A program made the position numbers and the translations under genes. Source: Trichosphaerium sp. ATCC 40318 (taxonomy: Eukaryota > Protista > Tubulinea). From it: a stretch of DNA of 64,000 nt. The notes under the pieces are model-generated. The model did not search any database. It was not told the origin of the DNA and saw nothing but the letters and a program-made list of their open reading frames with translations. Positions 11,612 through 25,100 of this stretch are shown here, in pieces (positions within the stretch are counted from its first letter, which is position 1; each line of letters starts with the position of its first letter). The DNA lies in assembly GCA_038496445.1 (NCBI GenBank), contig JALMLS010000288.1:101530-165529 (forward strand), in the 5' to 3' direction.

Positions 11612-12547
11612 ATGGAACAAAGGCTAAACACATCAATTATACACCAATACGACAATAATAGCATCAATAGTACGTTCGATCTTACAGCACTACCAGTTGA
11701 AGTTATCGTTCATATTATGAACTGCGGCAAGTTTACCCTCCGTTCAGCCCAAACGTGCCATTTCTTGCATGATATTATCCATAAACACGTCGGTTATGGC
11801 AAAATATGCGTCGAAACTCAAAACGAAATATCTATGCTTTCCGGAAGCCCTCTGCTTAAAAATACAGCAATTCTTTTCAGGACAACCTTCAAAGACAATG
11901 TTACAGACAGTCAACTACACTTACTTCAAGGTGTGAGAACTATCGACTTGCGTCGCTGTAAACAAATAACGTATGATGGTGTAAAGGCGTTAGCTGGTGT
12001 TCATGAAATTGATCTTGGCTACAATCAACTAATAACAGATGAGGGTGTTCAAGCGTTATGTGGAGTACACACAATTGATTTATCATTCACTAATATTACA
12101 AACAAGTGTCTGAAAGCTTTAAAAGGAGCTCATACTATCAACCTGGGGTATTGTGAAGGAATAACAGATGATGGTGTCAAAGAGTTGGCAGGTGTAAAAG
12201 ATATTGATTTATCAGGTACTAAGATTACAGATGAGTGTTTGCAGGCATTATGTGGTGCAGATAGGGTTATATTGCAACGCACAAACATCACCAACAAAGG
12301 TATGAAGTTATTGAAAGGAATAAGGATAATTGACATATCATTTTGTGAATATGTAACAGATGAAGGTGTTTCTAACCTTGATGGTGTTTCAATGCTATTT
12401 GTAATGTACTGTCCAAATATTAATGGTGAAGGTTTACTTGGACTTAAGAGTGAGACGTCTGTGTTCTGTAAAGTTGATAAATTAAACCCAACAGTGGTTG
12501 AGACACTTGAAAGTAAGGGTGTAGATGTCTTTGAAATTTATGGATAA
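11612..12547 (+). CDS. F-box-LRR protein (intronless)
   Basis: DLTALPVEVIVHIM...SAQTCHFLHDII F-box, about 7 LRRs, AATAAA just after the stop. Confidence 0.9.
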   Translation: MEQRLNTSIIHQYDNNSINSTFDLTALPVEVIVHIMNCGKFTLRSAQTCHFLHDIIHKHVGYGKICVETQNEISMLSGSPLLKNTAILFRTTFKDNVTDSQLHLLQGVRTIDLRRCKQITYDGVKALAGVHEIDLGYNQLITDEGVQALCGVHTIDLSFTNITNKCLKALKGAHTINLGYCEGITDDGVKELAGVKDIDLSGTKITDECLQALCGADRVILQRTNITNKGMKLLKGIRIIDISFCEYVTDEGVSNLDGVSMLFVMYCPNINGEGLLGLKSETSVFCKVDKLNPTVVETLESKGVDVFEIYG

Positions 12548-12712
12548 AGAGTAATAAACTAATGGTGTTAGAATGCTTTTTTTATCACAGAAATCTTGAG
12601 TATTCTGAGCGACAGTGCTTGCAAGATAGCAATGAATTACTCCTACTATGCAGTGCCCTTCTTTGACAACAGCTGTACTAAATAAATTTGATAAACATGC
12701 TGTATTTCGGAG

Positions 12713-12938
12713 GCCATAGTTTTTTCTGAATTTTCCAAAAACAAAAATTCGAAAGTGTAGAAAGATGCATAGCTAGGGCAGTCCACTAAACCAGAAAGCG
12801 CCTGGTTCACTTACAGTCGGGTCCTCGCTGTGCTCGGAACTAGAACCCAACCTTCGCTCACATATAGTGATCCATTGGTGGGTATAGGCATTCGGTTTTT
12901 GTATCGAATTCTTTCGAAAAATTCGGAAAAAACGTGGC
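12713..12938. mobile_element. Possible degenerate MITE
   Basis: Imperfect inverted ends of about 35 bp: gccatagtttttctgaattttcc...aattcga and tcgaatt...aaaattcggaaaaaacgtggc. No clear TSD. Confidence 0.35.
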
Positions 12939-13020
12939 ATCAATTACACTTGATATCTATGAATACTGAACACAAAGAAGAGGCTTCTTGTTTGTAATTT
13001 AGAAGATTTTATTTAAAGCT

Positions 13021-14890
13021 TTATCCTTCTAGAATGTTTTCTTCTTGTGTTTCCTTAGGTCCTAGTGCAGCACGCATACTCTTCATTAAAGTATACTCTG
13101 ACGTATCCATTGAAGTGTCAAACGCAAAAGCTCCAGCAACATCCATTTCAACAGCATATTTGGCTAGAAGAAAAAAAACATAAGATTTTTAGTTTACACT
13201 TCTTTGGTACCTTTTAGGTCCAATGTTTGTTCGTTATCAAACGTAAACCATATCCCCTCGGATGTGTAACCAATCATAGATTGTGATTTTGGGTCTTGGA
13301 ACCTATTGAGGGCGTCAATAATCTTTTTTTTTGAAGACTTTCATCGTACAATTGAGGATTTTGTGCCATTATTTCTGTATACATGAGCGTTCCACATTGT
13401 TTAGAAGACTGACCAGGGGCACCACCATATGTGTCTTTAAACGGACCGAAGCACGCTGTTGAAAAAAAGAGATTAGTACACGGTAAATGAACAAGAGTTG
13501 TCGTCCAAGTACCATTTTGTTTTTGGGCTGGAATACCATATTTCTGCCATGCTGTACCGGAAAGACCTGGTACATACCACGAGTGACCGTAAAGAGCGGT
13601 TCCAATCATAATTTGGCTCTTAGGTACTCCAGAAGCGATGTAACCTAATGCAAATTAAGAAAGAAACATGGAAGCATCAGTTAAAAATACCTGTGATTGT
13701 TGTGTTTACTGAGTCGAATTGAGCTGGTCCAGACATTGTAGGGTTATACAATGGGCTGTTAGCACCTGTTATGCTTGCAGAAGCTATATCGGAGACACTA
13801 AAAAAACCAGTTAACATAAGGACGTTTTTGAGTGAGTAAAACAATAGACGGTAGGTAACATACCTGTAATCGTATGTCATCACGTGCCACTTATCAATAT
13901 ATTGGCTCATTTCTTTCAAGTCAAAGTCAGCGTACTTACTATGATCAGCTTGGCCAGCTACTGTAATAATCTTGTCACTACCGAGACCCTGTGTACAAGT
14001 TAGCCAAAAAGAAGTAGCATTGATTCTTACAGCGCGAAGCTCCTTTACGAATTGTAAAAGATTATCAGAGTCTTGTGGACAACGACCACCAGCGTCGTGT
14101 ATGCTTTTGAAGTAAGTATCTGTTATCTTGACGTAGTTTGTACGCGCAGGAGAGCAAGGGAACTCCCAATCCTAAGTGAACATTAAGAAAGGTTAAAACA
14201 TTCAAAGTCACGTGCGATATCAATGCCATCAAAGCCATGGGTCTGTAAGAACGACTTCGCGGATGATATGAACGCTTGACGATTAGCGCTTGTGCTACAA
14301 AAACACAGTTAGAAAGAGCAAAAACGAAGTTCCAATTAACGAAAAACTAATCTGTACCTAACCATGTCGCTGAAATAGCGAGAAGGAAAGTTCCAGCCTC
14401 CAATACTGATTATAACCTTGAACCCAGGGTTTTGCTGCTTGAAAGCCATAATCTACAAAACAATTAGTAACTGCTATATTGAGTAGTTTTACGCACAGTC
14501 TGATAGAATTGAGGGTCGTCTTGCTCTACAATTTCGATTTGAAAAGTCGAGTTATCAAATTTTGCGAACGCTAAACCGTTTTTTAGTTTAATGGCGTTTC
14601 GAAACACGTGATGTGGATAACGTACCATAGCATAGGTAGTCTAGCGAAGGAATAATACCTGCTAGTTTGTCTGGTCTATAAGGGCCATAAGGAGGGCTAT
14701 GATATTGGGCCCAGTTTGCAAAGTAAGCTGCGAACTGCTTACCATCTATGAAAGTGTTTGAGAAAAGTTATCAAAGTAAAAAACTTGATGAACTTATTTA
14801 AACACGTGTTTTTATTTTCAAGGGATACGTACCAGCTTGGTATGAACATAGTACCACTGTTAAGAGTAATATAGCTAGTGTAGCTTTCAT
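13021..14890 (-). CDS. Secreted GH18 chitinase, multi-exon
   Basis: Signal peptide MKATLAILLLTVVLC, YFANWAQY, VIISIGGW, catalytic FDGIDIDWEFP (across GC-AG intron 14172-14215) and MTYDY. Confidence 0.95.
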
Positions 14891-16880
14891 TATGTTGTTG
14901 TAAGCGGAATGTGATGTGTACTTTGTTGCTTAAAAAAGAGTGTGACTTATACAACCAAAAAAGGTAGCACTGCTATAATCACGGGTCTTGTATCGTTGGT
15001 ATGATATTGACTACCGAAACTATTTGTGATCCACAAAAATTTATGGTGCACAGTTATTGCATGGTGCAAAAATAATGGTGTAAAAAAGTGTGTTTTGCCG
15101 ATGCTGCGAAGTTGGATATGACAAGGGACTTTTCGTGGACGAACTTTGAGGCTTGTTATCTATATAGAGAGGAGCGTTGTTTCAAGTCTCTAAGGCGTTT
15201 AAAGATTTAAAGAAATGACATCACCTTACTTTTTGCTTCGGTGTAGTTTCACTTTGGTTCCCCAACTTTGTTGTTTTGACGGTGTGGTTTGTATTTTATT
15301 GCTGACACTACTTTTGGTATCTTGCATCACACATGCCATGTGAACACTATAGTCCATAACTTACGTAAAATTACGACAGCAATACGATCATGAAAAGTTG
15401 AAACTAATACTTCCAGGTCAATGAGTGAAACCATTCTATGCAGATGTAAAAAAACGAAAAATACTAAGACACGTGTCTTACAAATTGTTTTTAAATGCTG
15501 ACACAACATAGGTTAAAAAGACCCTTGTCGGGGTTAACAGCAATATCATAAGCGTATTAGCAAATTACCTACCTTCTGTTTAATGCTAGGGATGTACTTT
15601 ATATTTTGTTGGTACTTTAGCTGAAGTAGGGATAGCCTTGATATTATTTCTTGGCCATCTTAACACTGTCCAGGGTTAATGAACGATTCAGTGTTGGAAT
15701 ACTGACCACAATGTTACCCCAGGGCATATGTATCTCAGTAGGCTGGCTTCTACTCTGAGAGTAGGCCCGCTACCGTCCTTGCTTATAAGAATATTCGAAC
15801 GTTTATGTAATTTGTTGATAATAAATAAAAAGAATTTCTTGGATTTCGATAAATACTGGCGCCTATGAAAATTTTGTATGTTCGTTTACATTAGGTAAAT
15901 TTGAGGATAGTTTGATGTATGTTGGGGCAAAGGTTTTCTGAAGTGCTACTGTTGCTGGATATGTCTTTGCGCAGTCTGACTTGTATAGATACATGTATTC
16001 CAAGCACTATGACAGAGTTCGCTAGTTCTATTGAAGAAGTACACAGACTAAAGCTTCAAAGTAAATCCTTGTCTGGATCATATTGGTACTTAATGAGTGT
16101 CTTTAGTTATCGTTTGTTGATGGAAGAGATTAGTATTATCGATGCACTTTTTTACGCATTGAACATATTGGACCTGAAATGACACTATTATAAGCTAGCG
16201 CTATTCGTAGTATGTGAGCGCTGGTATCACTGATAGAGTATGCAATGGCCTTGATATGTCATCTTTGAGTACTTTGTGTAACACAAACCCTCTGTTTCTC
16301 ATTCGTGGTGGATTGGAGTCCGATGAAAGTTCGATTAAGGATTACTTGGTGATTGTAAGCGCAGAAAAAATTCCCGTAGTGCTTTTGTCTTACATAAATC
16401 ATGTGGTCTTTGCAGCAATATTTATATAAATATCAGCGAAACGAGTACACGTCATACTTACAATATTTAACAAGCAGCTGTAGTTACGTGTATTATATCA
16501 ACACTTGAGCAGCAATTACAAGACTGCTACTCATTGATCCTACATTAGACTTCATGTTTCATCGGGGTGCAAGAAACATAGGTAATCTACTCATTCACAA
16601 GACATCCCCATCACCTCCGCACATGTGCATTATCACCACGTTCAAATACAACAACAATATCTCAGCTTAACGTGGATCAATTAATTCAAGTCCTCAAACA
16701 ACACGAGCGTGACAAACAGCTGTAATTTTGCGTTATCCCACAATTTAATTCTTGGATACTACACTCGATGTAAAACAGAGCTAATGGAAAGTAATAAGTG
16801 AAGTTTCTGAAAGAAAATAACAAGATGATTTTGACGTTGATGCGGTCTCTCGAAGAATCGTACCTGACACAAAGTCTTTT

Positions 16881-19341
16881 GAGAAAGTAATTTATTTTTT
16901 TTATTGTACATTCAAGTTTTTGTTTACACCTGAGTTAGAGTGTTCAATAAGTTTTTTACGCGCATTAGAATTGCATTTTACGATATTCTTGATACATAGT
17001 AATTCTATTATCTCAAAATCTAGAAATACATTCGCCTTTTAAAGGTTTAAAACGCATTTATAATCTGAAGAAAAGCAGCCAATTTTTTGATCACCTGAAC
17101 AGCGAGGCAACTTTGAATATACCTTCCGCTTACGTCACTTTGTAGTTGCTATGATTGTTGAGCAAAGTGTTGTAAGAAAATTTTGTGATTAGTCACATCC
17201 GTTTACTGCAGTGGGCGTGTATACAAAGTGAGTGGATGAAAAAAATAGCATTCGCTATTGGCAAATAAGCCTTTAAAGCTAGGTTATGTGGCAATCTCTT
17301 GTGATACGTACCAAAGAGTTAGTAGTTTCTCTTGCGTAAGAAAATAAACAAACACCCTCTCTTGGTGTACATCAGCGATGAAGAGACATTAGTCCTCATC
17401 AAGCTGCACACGCTAGTTGCTAAATCAACAAGTGTTGCACAGCCAGCTAATATCTTGTGACATATTACTGCGGTATTTTCCTATTTCTTACAACCCTCTG
17501 TGTACCCGCGGTAGTCGGTATTGTCAATGAAGGAGAATGTGAGGACAGGAACATGAAAACAGTTTTTGTTGGGAGGAACATTTAAAGTGTCTATCAGGTA
17601 TGAGAGTGACTGTGTTGTTTAGCAAGCACTCTCTTCTGAATCACATGTTTTTATCACTGCTTCATTGTTGTTGTGCGGTATAGCTACTATACAACTACAC
17701 TGGTTTCTTTCAAGAGTATGGAAAAAGTATTTTCTTTTAAAACTTCATACTGCAACTTGTGATACTGCAAACAAAAGATCGTTCTTACAGTGAGAGCGAC
17801 GTCAGGCAGTCTTAAAGTATAACTGCAAATACTGCAATGTAACTTGAACATAGCGCACTTCTTAACGCCAAGGGGATCCTGATACACGGGAGCAGAAAAA
17901 TCATTATAAAAAACTTGAGATTTGCGGCAAGAAAGCTGTCGCTGTGGAATTGATAGCGCTGGCAGGTATGAGAGCCTTGTTGTAAATACTGCGATCCTAC
18001 AAGTGGGATATTTAGTGCACTTGGACTTGGACTGAGGATGGGTACTACAAGAAAAAGTGTGGCGTAGTCACTTTTTGCAATCTTGTTTTTTTTTGGTTTT
18101 GAGAAAAAAGCACTCCCTTTGAGATTGCTATTGTTCTCAAATTTTTGTTACCAACAATTACACAGAGTTCATAGAAGTTATTCGGGTCGGCAGAAGAGCG
18201 AAATTATTTGTAAAATCAATAGTTCACTGAACACATTGAATAGACACTAAAACACGCCAAAAACAACCTCAAAACTCTTCCACGTGTTCATATTTTAATA
18301 GTTAACAATATTGAGATATTTTTAATACAGCGTATCACAATACCAATGGACTATTGGGTTTTGTATTTTTTTTCGTTTAAAAACCCGATACAGCTGTTTA
18401 TTACATAGTATTTATTCTCGTTTCTTTTTTTCACTAGCGCGAGAATTGTTTGGTTTTTTTTTTCTTTCGTGCACACGTGCTTTTAAGTCAACATTGTTGA
18501 TCATTCACCAATAACCCTCAAACAACAAACAACAGCTCTAGTTTACGCAAGCCCCTCCACTCATGAACTATTCATCGATTCTACTCTGTCTCTGCTTTTC
18601 ATTAGCACTGGCCTTCAACTACAAAGCCATTACTATCAACGCTCACAACACTTGTTCTGGCTGTCGTAAGGACATGCATGCCGGTGAATTTGTGTACTGC
18701 GATGGTTCTGTTCCCGGATCAACGGTAACACACTGCAGTTGGGTTGGCGGTTCTGGAGAATGTTCCTTCCCTCGAGATACCTCAGTTACAAAAGCTCAAT
18801 GTGAACAACTATGTAATGCAGACGACCGCTGTAATTACTACACATCCTACTACGGAAGTGTATGCAACCTATTCTACATGACCAGCTGTTCAAACGATTA
18901 CAGTCAAGCACCCGGAGATACATACGAGAAGGTTACTAGCGAGAACACAATGATAATGACAAAGACAAAGAGCGGCCAATACCATGGAACAAATGCTCCA
19001 ATTAAGTACCGATATGCTTACACCGATGGAACCTACTCTCCTTACAGCGCTGCTCTCGAAGATCCCCGAGTCAACGAGTTCCAATCAGGTGCTGTTGATG
19101 TATTCTACATGGTCGCACCTGCAAAGAACAAAGACAAGACACTTCAAGGTGTTGAGATGAAAATATTCGCAAACGATGGCTGGGAGTTCTCAGAAGTTCA
19201 AATCTTTAACTCTTTTCATTTCTGTTGGAAAGGCGATGCTGCTATCCACCCTCTTACTACTGCAAGTGTTGTACTGCCTCTCAACGGCGATTGTAATGCC
19301 TGTACCTAAGCGCACATATCGCTAAAAGTGCTTTAATAAAG
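16881..19341 (+). repeat. Direct segmental duplication, copy 1 (partner 32738-35237)
   Basis: About 2.5 kb of colinear similarity, from ttattgtacattcaagttttt to gtgctttaataaag. Confidence 0.9.
18563..19309 (+). CDS. Secreted Cys-rich (PAN/apple-like) + PLAT/LH2 domain protein
   Basis: Signal peptide; CEQLCNADDRCNYYT...CNLF resembles an apple domain; GTNAPI...NEFQSGAVDVF...DGWEFSEVQI fits the PLAT pattern. Intronless. Confidence 0.75.
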   Translation: MNYSSILLCLCFSLALAFNYKAITINAHNTCSGCRKDMHAGEFVYCDGSVPGSTVTHCSWVGGSGECSFPRDTSVTKAQCEQLCNADDRCNYYTSYYGSVCNLFYMTSCSNDYSQAPGDTYEKVTSENTMIMTKTKSGQYHGTNAPIKYRYAYTDGTYSPYSAALEDPRVNEFQSGAVDVFYMVAPAKNKDKTLQGVEMKIFANDGWEFSEVQIFNSFHFCWKGDAAIHPLTTASVVLPLNGDCNACT

Positions 19342-20734
19342 CCCCCTTCACGTTCCATGTTTTTTTTTTCAAATTAGAATTTTGTGTCAAGCAAAAAATA
19401 ACCTGAAGTCACGTGATTATTTTGAGAATTGACAACAAAGTTAGGTAGATGCATATTTGTCTTTTTAAAAGATGCGGCAAGTCTGTGTTAGTCTTAATGC
19501 GGCTTTTACAATGCATCAAGTTGTAGAGAAGCTGTTAAAAAAAGTTTGTTAGGTGTCTGATATCAACATATCTTTTCGATTAAATACTCAATCGCCTATC
19601 AAACAGTAGATGTTTTGAATATGTTTCAACCATTATTCTTTGAATCGCATATAAATGTTGGATTTGAATTACAAATTATTCGTTTCTTAATTAAATGTAC
19701 TAATAGTCAACATCAAACATCACTTCAGACGTTTTACATTTTGTTCGCTATTTACTGTTCAGTCATCTAAAACAACGATCTGGCTCTATCCTCTCTTTCA
19801 TCCTTATTGTATAGTACACCATGCCTTTACGTTCTTGGTTTATCAGAAAGTTAGTTCCTTGAGGAAACATGCCAACTCGTATTCTTTGACTAGCGCTTAT
19901 TTTTGGTGTTAAAATTCGTATTTCCGAAACAATAACTGCTAGCGAATCTTGTACATAATTCCACTGCTTCAACGTCAATGTATCCCGTTAGATAGTGTAT
20001 TGACGTACACTTACTCTACTCGCAATATTGGCGCTATTCCTTCACTCTCCTCACTTCGTAACAATTGCACATAACTTTTCCTTTACTAATAATCTTGATG
20101 ACGAAGCAGGTGACGGGTATGTTAACAACAATCTTCAAACTGATAATGATGCTTTCCTAATCACGTGATAACATTTTAACCGTTGGCATACCCCAAAACT
20201 ACTCACAAGGATATCTCCTATTACCTAGTGATGTCAACCCAAATTTAATATTAACAAATCCTGATGCTTCATTAATTAATGCTCCATACATTGTTTTAAT
20301 CAAAATAGATGTTGTTCTTCGCTTTGGAGAATACTAGGATGGAATAAAACTATTGGTGATGGCTGTTACTTCTTTGGAGAAATCCTGTTGCTCCAGAAAT
20401 ACAAACTAGCTCATTTACAATTCTTTTCTCGTCTGTCTCATTTATTAGTTTAAACACCGCTAATTGAGTCTTATAGTTATGATCCTGTCACTAGACATTG
20501 TACCTTTACAACAGCAAGGGGAAGATGAATACCTAGTATCTTTTATAGAACTCAATGGGCTTCCAATTCAGTGCACTTATGTTAAAGTTGTTTACTATAG
20601 AATACAATAATAAAATATTATTCAAAGTGAGAAAATGATTGTAAGTACTTTGCTCTTTTCTTTTATTTTTAGTTGTCTTACATTGTTCATATTCACAGAC
20701 AAAGGATAAGAATGATATAGGCCTCAATATTAAT

Positions 20735-21724
20735 TTAGTACATATTTACGCCCTTACTTTCAAGTGCAGTAACAACTGTCGTCTTTAATCTACTAGCAGT
20801 GCAAATCACTTTGGTCAAATTATTAAGCCCAAGCAAACCATCACCATTAATATTTGGACAGGACATCATACATAGCATTGAAACATCATCAAGGTTAGAA
20901 ACACCTTCATCTGTTACATATTTACAAAATGATATGTCAACAATCCTTATTCCTTTCAATAACTTCATACCTTCGTTGGTGATGTTTGTGCGTTGCAATA
21001 TAACCCTATCTGCACCACATAATGCCTGCAAACACTCATCTGTAATCTTAGTACCTGATAAATCAATATCTTTTACACCTGCCAACTCTTTGACACCATC
21101 ATCTGTTATTCCTTTACAATACCCCAGCTTGATAGTATGAGCTCCTTTTAAAGCTTTCAGACACTTGTTTGTAATATTAGTGAATGATAAATCAATTGTG
21201 TGTACTCCATATAACGCTTGAACACCTTCATCTGTTATTAGTTTATTGCAACTAAGACCAATTTTATGAACACCAGCAAATAGCTTTACACATTTATCTG
21301 TGACCCCTGTTGATGCCAAATTAATCTCTTGTACACCAACCAACGCCTTTACATCATCATACGTTATTTGTTTACAGCGACGCAAGTTGATAGTTCTCAC
21401 ACCTTGAAGTAAGTGTAGTTGACTGTCTGTAACATTGTCTTTGAAGGTTGTCCTGAAAAGAATTGCTGTATTTTTAAGCAGAGGGCTTCCGGAAAGCATA
21501 GATATTTCGTTTTGAGTTTCGACGCATATTTTGCCATAGCCGACGTGTTTATGGATAATATCATGCAAGAAATGGCACGTTTGGGCTGAACGGAGGGTAA
21601 ACTTGCCGCAGTTCATAATATGAACGATAACCTCTACTGGTAGTGCTGTAAGATCGAATATACTACGATTGATGTCATTATCGTCGTATTGATGTATACT
21701 TGACGTTTCTAGCCTTTGTTCCAT
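20735..21724 (-). CDS. F-box-LRR protein, close paralog of 11612 with one extra LRR
   Basis: Near-identical F-box and linker, plus an extra 24-aa unit. Confidence 0.9.
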   Translation of the reverse strand: MEQRLETSSIHQYDDNDINRSIFDLTALPVEVIVHIMNCGKFTLRSAQTCHFLHDIIHKHVGYGKICVETQNEISMLSGSPLLKNTAILFRTTFKDNVTDSQLHLLQGVRTINLRRCKQITYDDVKALVGVQEINLASTGVTDKCVKLFAGVHKIGLSCNKLITDEGVQALYGVHTIDLSFTNITNKCLKALKGAHTIKLGYCKGITDDGVKELAGVKDIDLSGTKITDECLQALCGADRVILQRTNITNEGMKLLKGIRIVDISFCKYVTDEGVSNLDDVSMLCMMSCPNINGDGLLGLNNLTKVICTASRLKTTVVTALESKGVNMY

Positions 21725-22158
21725 TTGGTTTATTGTTGGTTTGCGTTAGTAACAGCGTTTGACTAGCTTAAAAGCCAGAAGTTTAACTTAATAGCCACTT
21801 AAGTCGCCATTTGACGATCTTGGCAGGAACCAAAGTAGGTTAAGTACATAGCTGATTATGGTATCAGAGCACTAGCTGGCGTTCATTCGCGTATGGTACT
21901 TCAGTTACACAATTGCTTGGCTACAAAAAAAAAACAACCAAAATCCTACCAGTATATCACTACATAGTGCGACAATAAAATTAAAGCTATTAACAGCTAC
22001 AACTGGCAAGAGATTCAAGTGGAATAAAACCAACTTTTAAATAATTTTTTACGTTTTATTTTTATAACCGCAAATGTGAAGGGGGAGGAGTATGAGTCCT
22101 CAAAAAGGGAAAATATCGAGAACCCAATCTAGTTTTTTTTTCGCTTGTTGAAGTTTTT

Positions 22159-25100
22159 TTACAAATTACTTGGTGTCCCTTCCGACTCTTCAAGTAGTTT
22201 CTCCTTTTCAGTAGTATGATTCATACTTGTTTCACTATTTGAGTCATCAGACGCTGTTTGAGTTAGATTAAGTTCTCCCAGTTCAATAAGAGGCTTATTC
22301 CTTCCAACACCAAGTCTGTCCGCCTCTTGAAGAATTTGCCAATCAGCAGGGAAGTACTGGCGTTGTACACTAAAAAAAAAACATCAGCACACACAACCAA
22401 AATACATTGGCACAAAATAAATACCAACCAAAAAAAAATAAATCACGTGTTCGTACTTGCACCAAAACGAAAAAAAAAACGAAAACAGAAAAAAATAAGA
22501 AAAAGTTGAACTTCATCAACCACGTACTACATGAAACATAGGTCAATAACAGCTGTCGCTGTAGGTACCCATACAATATAGAAATAGAAGGAACCAGCTG
22601 TGAAAGATCTCAAAGTTACCATAAGCAAGCTAGGAACCAGATACGTAAAGTCATTCTCAACCCATAACATAATAACATAAATGACGATACTCAAAGCCAA
22701 ACCAAGCCACACAGGCCATGTCCAGTGCCTTGAAACAAGTAAGAAACTTTAAGAAAAACACGAGGTGTAGTACCGAGTAATCAGGAACATTTTAGTGTGA
22801 ACCATAGCAAGACCAGCTGTGATGACATAAACACCAACAACATATAAGCCATTATCAGCTTGTCCGTTCTCTTGTAATGAACCAATACCACCAAAGTATA
22901 TTAGGAAACTACCAAAAAGAACCCATGAATGTACTATAATAGTAATGATCCAAACAGAGAAGGTACGCCAATTAAGAATACCTATTGATGAAGTTTAAAA
23001 AAAAACCAAGAAAGGCAGGGCTTGTTCTTTCAAAGAACCAGAAAAAAAAATTACAAAATGAGTGGTACCTGCGCGATACTCTCTTGAAGCTTCTGGGTAC
23101 TTATATATAACCTTTGGTTTAATATCTTGTTCAAATAGAGCATATAGGAAAGGAGAAAGAGACGTGAGAATAACATTATACCCAGCAATAATCCAATCTT
23201 CATAAAGTGTCTAAAACACAAAAACTTAGTTTAAAAAACGCTTATAACTTCCTTTGACAAGTCAAAGATGATCATACCTGTCCGGAGAAGCCACTGAACC
23301 AAGCAAAGTAGAGCTGAGCAAGGAAGACTGATAGATTCTTATAAAAACTATACTGGATAAGTCCAGCGTTTCTAAGTAAACTGTATCGTCCATGTTTCAT
23401 TACTAGAGGTACTAGATGTCTTTTTCAAAGAGTAAAGGACGAAACAACATTTAATAAGCAAAGAATAAAGGGACAAAAAGCCGCGCTTAAAAAGGATACT
23501 TGAATTCGCGTATAGCGTAGTCAGAAGCACGTGCAGATTGTGTTCCTTCTTTACCAAAGATACCAACACCAATATGGGCTTGCTAGAGACAAATACAGTT
23601 AGATAAAAAAACCTTGCAGATTGTGAAGAAACATTTTTTCTTTCAACAAAAAAACAGAGATCGTACTTGAATCATGGCAACATCGTTTGCACCATCGCCA
23701 ACAGCAAGGGTAATAGTTCCCTTAGCTCCTTTACGAATCATTTTAACTACATTCGCTTTTTGCTTAGGCGAAGCACGGCAACAAATAACAGACTTTGAGC
23801 GAAGTCCCAAGTCCCTAAATTCGTCCCGGTACTTAGCCAATGCAAATACCATTGCGTCTCCATCAATAATAAGAGCAATCTCTCCAAGTTTCTATAGATG
23901 CAATAATAAGAACATGACTATAATACTTTTTTGAAATATCACGTACTTTAGCTTGCTTGAGACCTTCTTTAAGTTTGTCTTGTACTACAAAAAAATTAAA
24001 TTTCGAAAAAAACTTCAATGAAGGAAGTCCTTACCATCAGACTCTTTTTTGCACTTTGTTACTCTGCAAAGAGCCAAACCTGAAGGAAGGAGCTTGCATG
24101 ATGTTCCAATATTAATAGCAGTCTCTTCTTTATCACCTGTAATCATCCAGACCTTCACACCAGCCTACAACAAATACTTAGCCAAAAAATCCTCTTAAAA
24201 CAACAAGAAACTGAAGGCTCTTTCGTTTCGTACCTCTAAAAAGAAGTGTAATGTCTCTGCAACCTTATCCTGTAATTTATCTTCAATAGCAGTAGCACCA
24301 ACAAGCTCAAAGTCCTTCTCTAGAAGTTTCCAAGCCTGTTTTTTGGCTTTTTCACGCCCTTCAAGCAAAAGAGAAGCGTCCTTATATTGCTTAATATAAG
24401 CCTGATACTCTGCCTCGGTCCAACTCTTTTGACAAAGCAATAGCGTACGCAGGCCCTAAACAATACTAGTTAGATAACAATCCATACGTGAGTACAAGAA
24501 ATGAGAAAACAGCGTACATTACTGCTGAACATATCAAGGTGATTTTGTGTAACTTGTACAAGCTTGCCGTCTTTTGTTTAAGTAATTTCATCATTACAGA
24601 GTCTGCTCCCTTTGAATAAACCATAATCTTACCATCAGGATGACGTATAACTACAGTCATACGTGCACGTTTCGATGAGAATTTAGCGAGATTCAAAAGC
24701 TCAAATTCTTGGTCTACACCTCCAATCGAAATCGTAAGTGTATTGTTGTTACGACCTTTAAAGACATATCCGTTAATCTCTGATGCTTCCACAAGAGCAA
24801 TTTCATCAGGAGATTCACCAGAATACTCAACAGTCTTCTCTACAGGAGAGTGTTAATCCAAAAAGCGAGAAACAAAAAAAAAAGGACTTACCTTGAGTTG
24901 CTTCATCAGTGTACTCACTAAGCACAACAGAGTGATTAAGAACAAGGTTCAAGATAAAATCGTTGACATCTTTATGTCCCCTCTTTTTATCCTCTACAAT
25001 GTTACCTAACTGCCCCTTCAATCCTTTTGTGTATACAACACCCTTAATGGAGCATTTATCAAACTTCATCTCATTTCTCGTCAATGTCCCTGTTTTATCG

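Noticed and set aside
15919-16429. Short ORFs at 15919 and 16214, and protein-like text at 20000-20520
   Set aside because: No recognisable motif or consistent splice model; possibly decayed genes but not supportable.
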